A stretch of 64,000 bases of DNA from NCBI GenBank assembly GCA_963575745.1, contig CAUYUJ010000159.1, positions 1 through 64,000 of the forward strand. Reading direction: 5' to 3'. Below the pieces are notes generated by a model that worked only from the letters and a program-made list of their open reading frames with translations, was not told where the DNA came from and made no database searches. The position numbers and the translations under genes were made by a program. Below, one piece after another: positions 50,401-64,000 of this stretch (position 1 is the stretch's first letter; each line of letters opens with the position of its first letter). Source of the DNA: Prorocentrum cordatum. Its lineage: Eukaryota.

Positions 50401-51470
50401 GCTCGCAGACGGGGCGATCACTGCGTCCAGGCGCCTCCCGCGAACGGGTAGCCACCGTCTCTGGGATCACGTGGCAGAGGTTCCTCACGGTCGTTGCGGC
50501 ATCCACCATGGCGTCGATGTCGTCGCCGGGGTTGAGGCCCCCCGCCGCGTGGACGCGGCCGCCTGGGTGGCGGCGCACCGGCGCTTCGAGGGCTGCGTCA
50601 GGTTCTTGGAAAATTTGCTCCACCGACTCTGCTCGGGCCCGTTCGTTAACGCTCCGCTGGCGAGGTGGAGCGCTGAACCCGCACCAGCAATCGCCAGGGC
50701 CTGTTTGCACCCAGCATGTGCCCGCCCCTCTGGACCAGTCGGGAAGGTGCGCCACCAGCCCCTCCGCGTCTCGGTGGATCATGGCCACGACCGCGCCGAA
50801 TTCCAGTGTCCTCGGCCCATGTAGCGAGTAGGGGGCTCCAGGGAGAGCCGTGGCGAGGTTGTCGTCGCCTGGGCAACGGCACGAGACGCCGAAGAGCCAT
50901 GCGACGCCGAGGGCTCCCATCACCGCGCTGACGTCCTCCCACCGGCGAGGGGGGATGGCGGCGCCTCCGACCTCGACGCCCCTACTGAAGCCGAAGTTGA
51001 GCATGCCCGCAGTGAGGCTCCGCGCTGGCCGATGTGGTCCTCGGGCGGGAGGCGCTGGGAGCCTGCTGCGAAGATCTTTGCACGCCGCGGCTAGTCTTCG
51101 CGCTAGCGCCGCCGTTGCGGGGAGGTGCCTCTGGCCTGCTGGTCCACTGGCGTCTGTCCCAGGCGGGGGGCTGCCCTGAGGTGGTCCTGTAGGCTCTCGC
51201 GCCACGGGCCTGGCGCAGCCGGCGCGAAGGTCCGGAGCGCTTCCTCGAGCGGGGCTGTTCGTCCGCGCAGCACGTGCGCCTCCGCTCGGCGCAGCTCCGC
51301 GTCTGCGCTTGTTATGGCGGCGGCGCCACATGCTGGGGGGCAAACTGAGGTCAGCGCCGCGACGACCTCTCCCCCGACCGAAGACCCGCCCTGCCGTCAC
51401 GCTGGCGGGCCTTCTCTGAGCGGATCCCGTACCGAACGCGCACGGGGTTCGTGGCCGCCGTGGCGTGGAA
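47402..51470 (-). pseudogene. Decayed non-LTR (LINE-like) retrotransposon: APE endonuclease and RT remnants in several frames
   Basis: APE-like fragments AAGGLNP and DLDHHPV; RT-like fragments QAFDSQDR, GMPQGRKLSP and WDDC. Many frameshifts and stops. Confidence 0.65.
48575..48731. mobile_element. Fold-back MITE inserted in the LINE RT region
   Basis: 27-bp TIRs with one mismatch: ACCAAACCACCCCAACCCAACCCGAAG and CTTCGGGTTGGGTTGGGGTGGTCTGGT. Confidence 0.7.
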
Positions 51471-51489
51471 GCCGCCCGCCCGCCCGCCC

Positions 51490-52467
<978 letters not shown>

Positions 52468-53950
52468 TGGGTCCCCGGAAGACTCGACCCATTCCCCAGG
52501 ACCGGTTCTTCATCTTGAGTCGTTTCGTGGCCGGTCCCAGGGCCAAGCGAGGGCCGGTACAGAGGCCGAAGATTGCGAAACACCTCCGTCTTGTTTCTTC
52601 CAACGCGTCGGATCTCTGAAGGGTGCGCTCTGCCCGGGACTCCGATGACACTCCCTCCGCGGCGACGGGAGCCCTCCCGGGCGAGCAGCGGCATCGGTAC
52701 CCATCGGTCGGAAGAAGCAGGTAGAAACATGAAGCAGGACGGCGTTGAAAGCAGATTGGGTGTCCAACCGCCCCCTGAAGAGGAGGGAAAAGGTGAAGCC
52801 ACTCGATCATTGAAGTAGGAAGGCGCTCAAAGCAGATTGGGATCTGGGGGTCCATGAATACCTACTTTCAACGACCGATGCGTCGCCGAGGTCGGCGATG
52901 CATGGCCGATGCATCTCCGATGCGTCGCCGGTGCATCTGCGATGCGGCGCGATCCTCCGACCCCATCCACTCGGACCCCATCTAGTAGGAGGCCTAGACT
53001 CCAGGGGCGCGCTCTGCGCGGCGACGGGAGCCCTCCCGGGCGAGCTGTGGCATCGGTGCACCGCCCCCCCCCCCCGTCGGAGCCTCCGGGGCCGCGCCGC
53101 CAACGCCCTGCCGCGCCTCTCGGCGCGGCGAGCGCGGCCGCTCGGGCGCGGCGGCGGGCGCGGAGGGCGCCGCCGCCGCGGCTGGCGGCGCCGCGGCCGG
53201 CCGCGTCGCGGCGGACTGGCACGGCGGCGGGTGCTGTCAGGACCACTCTCGGGGAAGGGGGGCGAACGGGCAGGAGACCCCGAGATCCAACGCATGGAAA
53301 ACATCAAAACGATGGGCTCTCGCAATGTTCGGCCTCTGTAGAGACCCTCGCCTGGCCCTGGGATCGTCAACAAAACGATTCGGGATGCAGAGCTGGTCCT
53401 GGGGAATGGGTCGAGACTTCCGGGGACCCCGCTTTGAACAGATCGCGATACCGGATCTTCTCTGGGTAGCAGGGTGGTGACCCGGCTGGTTTTCCTGGCG
53501 CCCAGTGGCGCGGGGAGGCGCCCCCGTATCGAGGAGTGGGCCCGGCGGCGGGGCCGAACCCGGCTGCATGCGGCAGGTTTCGCTTCTCCCCCTTTCCCTA
53601 TCCTACCATCAGGTCCGGCTCGACCATCGTTCAGCCCATCCCGGTTGGCGCGGCGGCCCCGCTGGCCGATTCACTCCCCTATAGTCGGGGGTGTCGAGGG
53701 GTATATCACCCACTGGGATGGTGGGACGATGCGGATCGCGATGGAGATGGGGATGGGGGCCCAGAGATCCGACGTCGCGTTTTTGTTCCATGCGGGGTCC
53801 CCGGAAGTCTCGACCCAGTCCCCAGGACCGGCTCTTCATCCTGAGTCGTCCTGTGGACGGTCCCAGGGCCAAGCGAGGGCCGCTAGAGAGGCCGAAGACT
53901 GCCACACACCTCCGCCTGGATGCTTTCCTTTCAACACGTCGGATCTCTGG
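52468..53950. repeat. Three copies of a ~150-bp repeat in alternating orientation (52468+, ~53280-53430 inverted, 53795+)
   Basis: Shared GGGTCCCCGGAAG.CTCGACCCA.TCCCCAGGACC...CCCAGGGCCA.GCGAGGG core. Confidence 0.7.
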
Positions 53951-56339
53951 GACCGTCGCCCTGGAGTGTGGGGGGGGGGGGGCCCACCGCCCCAGCGCCG
54001 CCTGGGCGCCCGGCGAAGCGGTGCTGATGTCAGGCGTCCCCCCCCCCAGAGAGACGAGGCCCCAGACAGATCGGAGTGGCCGGCACTTGGCCGCCCTCGC
54101 CCCCTGCGAGGGGCAACGATAGGGGGGAGGGACTGGCACAGAGGGGGAGGGGTGCATCGACCTAGAAGCGGCGACACATCGCCGATAGGTCGGCGACAGG
54201 GCCCCGATGGTGAGCCCGCACCTTCCTGGGCAGGTCAGGACTATCGGGCCCCTGTCGGCGATCCGTGGGCGATTGGGGGTCGATGCGCCCCCCCCCCTGT
54301 GCCCATCCCCCCCTGTCGTTGCCCCTGACCCTGGCAGGGGGCCGGGAGCGGGCCCCGGGACGGGCCCAAGAAGGACGGCTCGGGCGAAACGCCGATGCTA
54401 CAGCCATCGCGCTACCAGCAGGGGCGCACCATCAGGGACGAAGGGGCTGTGCTGGCCACGGCGCGCCTATGGGCCACAAGAGCAGGCTCCACGACAGAGC
54501 TCTAGAGGGCACGGCCCGAACACCCGGGCAACTCCTGATGCCACGGCGGTCCTCATTTCAGCGTCCTGGCTGAACGGGGAGGTCGTCCAGACCCCCGGGG
54601 GGCAAGCGCCTCGAAGACCACATGGAGCGCCGGTCATCTCTGGGGCGGTGGCCCTGGCCCGGGGCGAGCCCCGCGCTTCGCCAGAGCACTCCTCGCGAGG
54701 CATGGCGCGAGGAGCTGGGGACACCGTGGGAGGGGGAGAGAGGAGGCGGCGGCGACGACGGACACGATATAGCCTCGGCAGCACGCGTGAACGCATGAGT
54801 GACCCTGGGCAGGAGTGACCCTTGGTGTGTGGCTGTAAGGGGCTGCGGGGGAGGCCAAATCCTAGCAATCCAAGGGCGCAAGCCAGTGTGCCCGCCCGAA
54901 AGGTCAGTCCGGCGAAAGGTCACTCTTACGCGTAGCAGATAACCGACCGAACCGAACCGAACGCAACCGACTACGCCGCATTCGAGCCGACCAAACCGCA
55001 AACACCGTTGAATACCGCCACTCCACGGGATTTCTCCTGCGGTGCGCTGTCTAGAATCCCGAGGCGAATCCAGCCGTGCTGACGAGGAAAAGACAGCGGT
55101 ATCGGTATCCTCTCTTCGGACACCGCAATTGTTGGGTGTCGTTGGCCCCTGGATCGTTCTAGGACTGCCCCGGGGCCAGGAGACGCCCCTCATATGTGAA
55201 AAACTGCAAAAATCTGCCATCACCATTGCGTTTGCCGACAGGTACTACGGCGGGTTCGTGTCGTGACGACCTGCGCGCTGGTTTCTGACACCGCGTGGGT
55301 CGTTGAACCTGGAGCGATCGGCGGCTGTTCGGTCGCCAGATTGCTTCGTATGCTTCTCAGAAGGCGATGGCCCTACATCTACAGAGAAGGCCCGCGCCAT
55401 TTAAAAAGCAGGGGTGCCTCTAAAAAAACCATCTGCGCGTGGCTGAAAATACTCGGGGCATCTACCGACCTGGGTGAAACCTAACGCGGGTTAGTCGGGC
55501 TTTGCAGTATCCTGCAGGGTCCTGCAGATTTGTTGGCGGCACGCAAGGGGGGTAGGAGGAGGGGGGAAGGCTTCTGAGAAGGAGGCTGAGTCTTAGAAGG
55601 TGACGGCCTTACATCTGTAGAGCTGGCCCGCGACCTCTAAGAAGCAGGGGTGCCTCCGAGAAGCCCTCCTCCCTCCCCCCACCCCCCTCTGCGCGCGGCT
55701 GCACCTGCTCGGGGATCTGCTGACCTGGGTCAAACCAAACCCAAGCCAGCCGGGACTTGTAAAATCCTGTAGGATCCTGCAAGATCGCTAGCCCGGGCCA
55801 GTGCACCCCTGGCTCTGCAGGATCCTGCAACTGTTGTTGGCGGCGCGCAGAGGGGGGTAGGGGGACGGAGGAAAGCTTCTCAGGAAGGAGGCTGCTTCTT
55901 AGACGGCTGCAAGATCCTGCGCGCCAGCCCGGGCCAGTGCACCCCTGGCTCTGCGGGATCCTGAAAAATTCGGCGCCCTGGAGCACCACCGCTTGCGCTG
56001 ACCCCCGTCTCAAGGCTCCCGACATACAGTCAAAGCGTGCACGAAAGACGGGTGGTAAGGACGCAAGACCCTTGGAGCCCGAAGTCGGGATCTCTTTGGG
56101 CGGCGGGCGACCAGTGAAAAAGGCAAAGAACGGGCCGCAGAGGGAACGTACTGGGCGCGTTGACTTGCTGGGCGCGTTGCCTTACTGGGCGCGTTGACTG
56201 ACGGCTCCCCCGCCCTCCGCGCTGCAGTCCTCGGTCGGGGCGCCCCCGCTGCCCCAGGGGGGGGGCCCGCCCGCGTGGCTTGGGGGCGTGGGCGCGTGGC
56301 TTGGGGGCGTGGGCGCCCCCTCGCGCGCCGCTCGTCGTG

Positions 56340-58300
<1,961 letters not shown>

Positions 58301-58607
58301 ATGGTGAACAGGTGAGCATATTCAAACCAATTCTGCCCCAGCTTTTTGGGGGTGGGCGGGTTCTGGGTGAACCAAAAAGACTGCAGAACGGAAAACGGAT
58401 GACGAGGTCAGGTCATTTCCGTGGGGCACAAACATGACCCTGACTACTCTCTTTCCAGACCACTGCTTGCGGTGAACAGGTGAGCATCTTCAAACCAATT
58501 CTGCCCATATACAGGACCCCCGCATACAGCACTGGAGTGGCGAATTTATTCGACGAAATATTACAAGTTAGGTACTGCAGCAGGAAAGCCCCCCCGAGGC
58601 CCCAAGA

Positions 58608-61600
58608 TTAGAAGGGGAAGGACAAGGAGGGAGGAAGAGAAGAGAAGGCAGGCCACAATTCGTGCACACGCAAGAGGCTGAGGGACGAGGCGATAGCCTT
58701 GGCTAGCACGAGGCACAGCTTCTCGGGGTAAACCTGCTTCTGGCGTGTCAAGAATCCCCCTTGTCCCGTGGGCCCGTCCAACTGATAATGTGGTTTCCCC
58801 GAAAAGCTGCAAACGCCACGGCCCTTACATTTTGCACCTTCCAGAGCCGAACACTTAACGTTGAACAGGTTGAGACGAGTACGAGCTCTCCAAGGCGTGC
58901 CGAAAGCGCAATAATCAACAATATATGTCGTGCACTCGGGACGTCTCATCATGGCCGGCCGACGGTGGCCAAGCCACAAGTAGCTCTGGGAGGGGTTCTC
59001 CTCCCCACACGGCAGGCCTCGCTGGATGCGCGCTTCTAGCAGCACGCCCGACCGATGAGCCAGCACGTTACCTTCGGCAACTGTCCGCTGATCACGCACA
59101 TCCAGATTTGGGAGACCTGCGGGGTATTCAGGACTGCGCAGCCTATGAGGGAGTCGTGACCACTGTGGCGCCCGTCGGGCCATCGCGAACGATTGGCATG
59201 GGGTACCTGACCACATTCCCACGACCAGCCCTGATCGAATCCATCCAAGAAGGGTGTTGAACGCATTATCATTCAGCAGGTCGCGGGACGGCCCGTGGCA
59301 GATATCGATGCAAACGACGGCGATATTCCGGTCCGCCAAAGCAGCCGCCAGCCCTCCTGCCCCCGAGAACAGGTCTAGAAAGATCCTCGGGCCGAGGGGC
59401 TGCGGCTGTGCAAGAGCTTGGCGTAGCGCTCGACGAAGGGCGTGAGGCCGCGGCCCACCAGCGCCGCGATCTGACCCCTCACCGTCGCGGGGAGCTTGCC
59501 GAGCTGCAAGGACACCCGCGCGTGCTTGTCGTAGCGAGCGACGCTCCGAAAGCTGCGCCAGTGCCCCCTCTGCTGCACCTCGAGGAGCGATCGCGCTCGA
59601 ACGAGACGATCGTGGCTGGCGCCCCCGCGCCGCAGCGCGTAGAGGCTCGGCTCGACGCAAAAGACCTGCACCTGCTGCACGGCCAGCGCGAAGGACCGGT
59701 ACAACTGCCTCGAGCTGACGTCGAAGAGGCGCTCCCCGCGGGCGCGCCCCGCCTTCAGCGCCTGCAGCAGCGGGATGAGCGGGCGGTGGCGGTCCAAGTC
59801 GAGGAGCACGCTCAGGTCGAACTCCTGGGTCTTGGACGGCCGTCCCAGCTCTTCCACGCGAACGCAGAAGCCCCAGAACGCGCCCTGGCCGCGCGACGTC
59901 GTGGGCGGCACCAGCTGTCCCACAGTCAGGCTGAGGAGCTCCGAGGGGCGCATGTAGGTCTCGAACATGACGATGATGACCAGGGCGCCCACCGGGCACT
60001 CGGGCAGCATCGCCCACGCCAAGGCCAGCACGACGCCCCAGGGCAGTGGCGGGCGGCTGTGCCCCGGGTCCAGCTGGCGCCAGCCCAGCATGGCCGCATG
60101 CGCGTTGGGGAAGACCTGGCGCAGCGGGCCGCCCAACGTAGGCTGGGCCCGCACCACGGCGGCCAGCAGCCGAGAGGCCAGCGCCCGCGACCACCCCTCG
60201 CCCCGCGCCCACTCCACGAAGTTGAGGAGCTGGAGGTCCCACTGCGGGCCCGACCAAGCGGGCAGCGGCCACCGATTCAGGTAGCCAGCCAGCTGCTCCA
60301 GCACGTCGCAGTAGCCCGCCTGCGTCGCCGGGCGGATCCGCTCCTGCTGGAGACCGGTCAGCAGCGGGGCCAGCAGCAGCAGCCGCGCCCGCGTCGCCGC
60401 CCGGAGGCGCTCCAGGCGGCCCGAGCCCTGGCGGCCCCCAGGGCCAGAGGGGGTTGAGCGGGCAACCCGCCGTGCGCCACCAGGACGGATGGGCAGGCAA
60501 GCCCCAGGGGCGCTCGGCCCAGCGCGCCCGCTGCTCGCGAGGCCGCGGCCCGTCAGCGCGCCGACAGAACGGCTGCTGGAGCAGCCCGGGCCCGCGTCGT
60601 CCACGTCGTCGGAGTCGGACGGGACCGCGCGCAGCAACTGCGCTGGAGGCAGGCAAACGATGCTGGACATGGACTGCCACTTTCGCTTGGCCCCCATGCC
60701 GAGGCTGGTGAACTCGGCTCGCAGCGTCCAGGGTGTTGAGCTCCGAGGGGACCCATCGGTCGTGAAGCTTGAGCCCGACGGCGAGAGCAATGGCAGACGA
60801 GAGCCGGCACTGAAAGTTCATGGCCGGAGTCGACGACCTGCCCTTCGCGCGAGCACAAATCACCGACATGTTATCGCCCAGAAGCAGCACACGGGTGTTA
60901 TGAAGGCTACAATCTCGAGCAACATGTCGCACCGTCCAGGTCCTGGCCCGGGCCTCGAGATGGACCTGGGACCCCGGGGCACCCCTCCAGCGGCCCGCGT
61001 AGGCCACAGCCCAGCTCCGCTCGACCAGGGCCGCCGGGACCTCAGCGAACGAGCGGGCCCGCCCGAGCCCCAGGATGTTGGCCTCCGAAGCCTCCGAGAT
61101 CTCCAGCTCCTCCTGGTGATCCAGAGCCCGGGACCGCGGCGCCTCTGAGCTACTGAGAAGACCACGAAAGCGTGCTCGCTCACGAACACGGCCCACAGCG
61201 GCGACCTCACTAGTCTCCCAGCGCGTCGATCCAACTCCAAATCCCCAGCATGACGCGTCGTGGCCGAAGACTCGACTCGACCACGGGCGACGCATCGAGG
61301 CACGAGCCAAGGGCAGAAGAGCACGTATCCACCGAACTTCGCGCTGAACAGAATGCCAGAGGGGCTGACGGCGAGTGTAACTCTCGTGGATGAACACATA
61401 GACCTTTTCCACGAGGCACAAGATCTCCGGGGAAAGCGAAAACAGAGCCGTGACGTGGCCCACGAAACGCTCCAGCTCCTGCCCTGTGAAAGCAGGTCGA
61501 ACCTCTAGAAGATAGTCGGCAGCCAGTTTCAACATCCAGAAACGATTAGCTTTAGGACGCCGCTCCCCAGACGAGCCCACCAAAGTGAAACCTATGAAGT

Positions 61601-62934
61601 CATTGCCCCCCGCCTCTGAGGTCTCCAAGGTCGACGCGACCCCAAGGCCCGCGAGCTGAGACTGCATACTCTCGACGTCCGAGGTGGCAACCGACTTATA
61701 CTGGGCAATGGAAACGAAGTTGTCGATATAAAGTCCGCGAAGCGACCCAGCGTCGCCAAGAGGCGGGAGCGGGGCCTTATCTAGGAGCCACGGGGCCTCG
61801 GGGGAAACATTATTGCGCTGATACTGGTTGGCGGCCTGTACAAGAGCCACGGCCCAATTCCAACCCATCGGCACCACACGAGCCCGCGCGCGGGCCCAGC
61901 CCCGATTACGAGCCGCATCCGGGAGCGCGGCGGCGAGGTCCGGGGACAGGTGCGCAATAGGAAGGGAGGGCAGGCCGAAAAAACACCTGTACTGTTCAGG
62001 AAGTGTGAACTGGCAATAGCAGACTTCGACATCGCCCCCGTGCAGCACGGGGATCACATGAGGCTCGCATTCGAGATGAGCGAGAGCCTCACCAGAGGGC
62101 AAAACCACACCAGGAGGCTCGCGGAACCGAAGGTTAGGCACACGAGTGTCCCAGATCAGGCGAAGAGCACCTGACTTCTTTCGAACGAAAAACAAGCCAC
62201 TTTCTTCGAGTACATCATCGCTGACTTCCACAACGCCAGCGGCCCAGAGCTCAGAAACGAACTCTCCAAAAAGTTTGGGGTTATCCCGAAGAACGGGATC
62301 AAGGGAAGAGGCTGCCATCAAAGCTGTCGCGGCGAGCGGCGGCCTCCTCCTCAGAAAGTAGGATTGACCGATCTTCAAGCGCAGACTGCAGGGCGGGCGG
62401 CAGACACTCACTCAGCGCAACTCGCCCAGAGAGCCCCGCGGGAAGCGACACGTTCCCTTGCTCGAAGTTCGCCCGATCACCGACGGCCATCGCGTCATCC
62501 GCGTAGCCGGGCCGCGTGCCCTGGAGCGCCTCCCACGCCCCCAGGGCGCCCCCGCAGTCAGGCGGGGGAGCGACGACTGATCCGCACTGCCGAGCAAGGT
62601 GTCGAACGGCCGAGACCTGAGCAGAAGTCAAGGACGAAGGCGAGGCCGCCAGCGGCTCCGGGGCGCCCAGCTCGTTCAAGGCGCGGATGCCCTCGAACAG
62701 CCAGCCCTCCTGAGCACGTCGACGTCGAAGCCGCCGCCGCTGGCTCTGGGACAGGCCCAGCCCGCTGGCACCCCCAGCGCAGATCTCCGAGGCGGCCGCC
62801 AGGGAGATCGGCAGAACGTCGCGCTGCCTCATCTGCTGCGAAGCTGAAAGCGCCTCAGGGCGGCACCACCTGCCAGCCCTGAACCCCTCACGAAAGCCCT
62901 CGAGGAGGCGGGGCAGTCCCCCCCGTGGCGGCAC
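58608..62934 (-). CDS. DIRS pol: N-terminal region, frameshift ~62305, then RT (YIDN), RNase H, and C-terminal C5 DNMT (~58650-59390)
   Basis: RT: FFVRKKSGALRLIWD, VPMGWNWA, LYIDNF. RNase H: HDASCWG...LEA...GDNMSV...WVPSELN. DNMT: FLDLFSGAGG...GTPCQSF...EENP...DYCAFGTPWR. Confidence 0.85.
59375..60790 (-). CDS. Tyrosine recombinase
   Basis: FETYMRPSELL (R), SKT (K), LYALRRGGASH (Y-x-x-R in place of HxxR), RGHW...VARY (catalytic Tyr). Confidence 0.9.
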   Translation of the reverse strand: MLSPSGSSFTTDGSPRSSTPWTLRAEFTSLGMGAKRKWQSMSSIVCLPPAQLLRAVPSDSDDVDDAGPGCSSSRSVGALTGRGLASSGRAGPSAPGACLPIRPGGARRVARSTPSGPGGRQGSGRLERLRAATRARLLLLAPLLTGLQQERIRPATQAGYCDVLEQLAGYLNRWPLPAWSGPQWDLQLLNFVEWARGEGWSRALASRLLAAVVRAQPTLGGPLRQVFPNAHAAMLGWRQLDPGHSRPPLPWGVVLALAWAMLPECPVGALVIIVMFETYMRPSELLSLTVGQLVPPTTSRGQGAFWGFCVRVEELGRPSKTQEFDLSVLLDLDRHRPLIPLLQALKAGRARGERLFDVSSRQLYRSFALAVQQVQVFCVEPSLYALRRGGASHDRLVRARSLLEVQQRGHWRSFRSVARYDKHARVSLQLGKLPATVRGQIAALVGRGLTPFVERYAKLLHSRSPSARGSF

Positions 62935-62955
62935 AAATCAGATGGAAGCAGGCCC

Positions 62956-64000
62956 TCAGGCCTCCTCCTTGGGACCTTTGGGCTTCTTCTTTGGATCAGC
63001 CGACGTCGGTCCCGCACCTTCTCCCTTGGCCAGCGCGGCCTCCTCACGCGCCTTGCGGCGCTCCTTCAGCACGGCGGCGCGGGCCGCCAGCTCCTTAGCC
63101 ACGTAGTCCTCCAGCTCAGGCATGACGATGGCGCTGCTCCTCAGATTCTTCACGCCGAGGAACAGCGAGCGCTCGCTCAGCCAGTCGTCGCCGCCCGAGC
63201 CGCCCGTGTCCACCTCCCGCAGCAGATCCTTGTAGGCGCTCTCCCACATCTGATAGCGCCGGCTCAGGAGCTCGAGCGTCGCCAAGTTGCAGACCTGCAT
63301 CTGATCGATCGTCATGCCGACCTCCAGGAGCTGGGACAACAGCAAGTGCTCGTCCACGCCGACGTCCGTCGCCGACAGCCCCATCACCGAGCGCCACCAG
63401 TAGTGCCGCTGCACCGGGCTGTGGTTGCCCTCGTAGATCGGCTCCGCCGTGTAATACGTCGAGCGCGGACCCTCGATCTCCCAGCTCTTGCCAAAGTCAG
63501 CGGGCTTCATGTCCTGCAGCGCGCTCGCGAAGGAGCGGCGGTAGCGCTGCTGGGCGTCCTGCCTGGCAGGCAGGATGCGGGCGTCGTCCTCGATCCCTGC
63601 AGCGTGGCCCGATGGCAGCGTGCCCTCGAGCCCTCCGCTCAACACGGTGCCGTCCGTCAGCTTGAAGATACAGCGATCGTTGGACTCGAACTCGACTGAC
63701 CCCAGCGAGGCGGCGAGGGCATCACCAAGCCCCACACTGCCCCAAGCCTCCAGCGCGCACCACTTCGCGGCAGGCCCGGCACCCGCGCCCGCCGCGATCG
63801 GCACAGCCGCAGGGGCCGCAGCCCCGCCGGGACGCAAGCCCCGCGCGAGAGCCTCTCCCGTGTCCATGTGGTACTGCCTGTCCTGGCCGAAGCGGTAGTG
63901 GTCGACCAGGTAGTGAGGGAGCACGCGCACCGTCGCGGGCGCCTGCCCGTTGGCCAGGAACCGCTTCAGGTCGTCGGCCTCGGCGAAGTCCTCCTCGAAG
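62956..64000 (-). CDS. DIRS Gag-like ORF (5'-partial)
   Basis: Open to the window edge, directly upstream of pol. EGPRST...RHYWW...EH...DQ...NLATLELLSRR pattern and a basic C-terminus. Confidence 0.7.
   Translation of the reverse strand, partial: FEEDFAEADDLKRFLANGQAPATVRVLPHYLVDHYRFGQDRQYHMDTGEALARGLRPGGAAAPAAVPIAAGAGAGPAAKWCALEAWGSVGLGDALAASLGSVEFESNDRCIFKLTDGTVLSGGLEGTLPSGHAAGIEDDARILPARQDAQQRYRRSFASALQDMKPADFGKSWEIEGPRSTYYTAEPIYEGNHSPVQRHYWWRSVMGLSATDVGVDEHLLLSQLLEVGMTIDQMQVCNLATLELLSRRYQMWESAYKDLLREVDTGGSGGDDWLSERSLFLGVKNLRSSAIVMPELEDYVAKELAARAAVLKERRKAREEAALAKGEGAGPTSADPKKKPKGPKEEA

Larger units (their letters stand above)
58560..64000 (-). mobile_element. DIRS-type tyrosine-recombinase retrotransposon with DNMT (element D), 5' end outside window
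   Basis: Gag-like ORF, RT, RNase H, tyrosine recombinase and C5 methyltransferase motifs in series. Confidence 0.9.

Noticed and set aside
58303..58506. 36-bp direct repeat near the DIRS 3' end as a possible terminal repeat/ICR
   Set aside because: It cannot be tied to the element because the 5' end is outside the window. It may be an unrelated local duplication.

Overview
Eukaryotic, GC-rich, repeat-dominated DNA. The retroelement architecture, retroelement-borne C5 methyltransferases and spliced-leader-like motifs suggest a dinoflagellate genome (inference). Trinucleotide microsatellites, satellites and MITEs surround four retroelements. (A) 1-12912, minus strand: a large, partly degenerate Ty1/copia-like element running off the left edge. 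It encodes Gag (CCHC), a Tpt1/KptA RNA 2'-phosphotransferase, RING-H2, protease, two DNMT-like domains, zinc fingers and integrase, and is studded with covarying 14-nt mini-hairpins. (B) 31015-43483, plus strand: a complete, young Ty3/gypsy-like element with two apparently identical 255-bp LTRs, a TACT TSD, a tRNA-Pro-type PBS and a PPT. Its reverse transcriptase is split and permuted: the thumb and RNase H lie about 5 kb upstream of the YIDD fingers/palm, with integrase and a DNMT between them. It ends in a SWIM finger and a PLD/Zucchini-like nuclease. (C) About 47400-51470, minus strand: a decayed LINE. (D) About 58560-64000, minus strand: a DIRS-type element with RT/RH, tyrosine recombinase and DNMT. 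One LOTUS/OST-HTH-like gene remnant is present. Most ORFs in the supplied track are shadows of these elements or of low-complexity repeats. All domain calls are motif recognition by eye; no searches were run.
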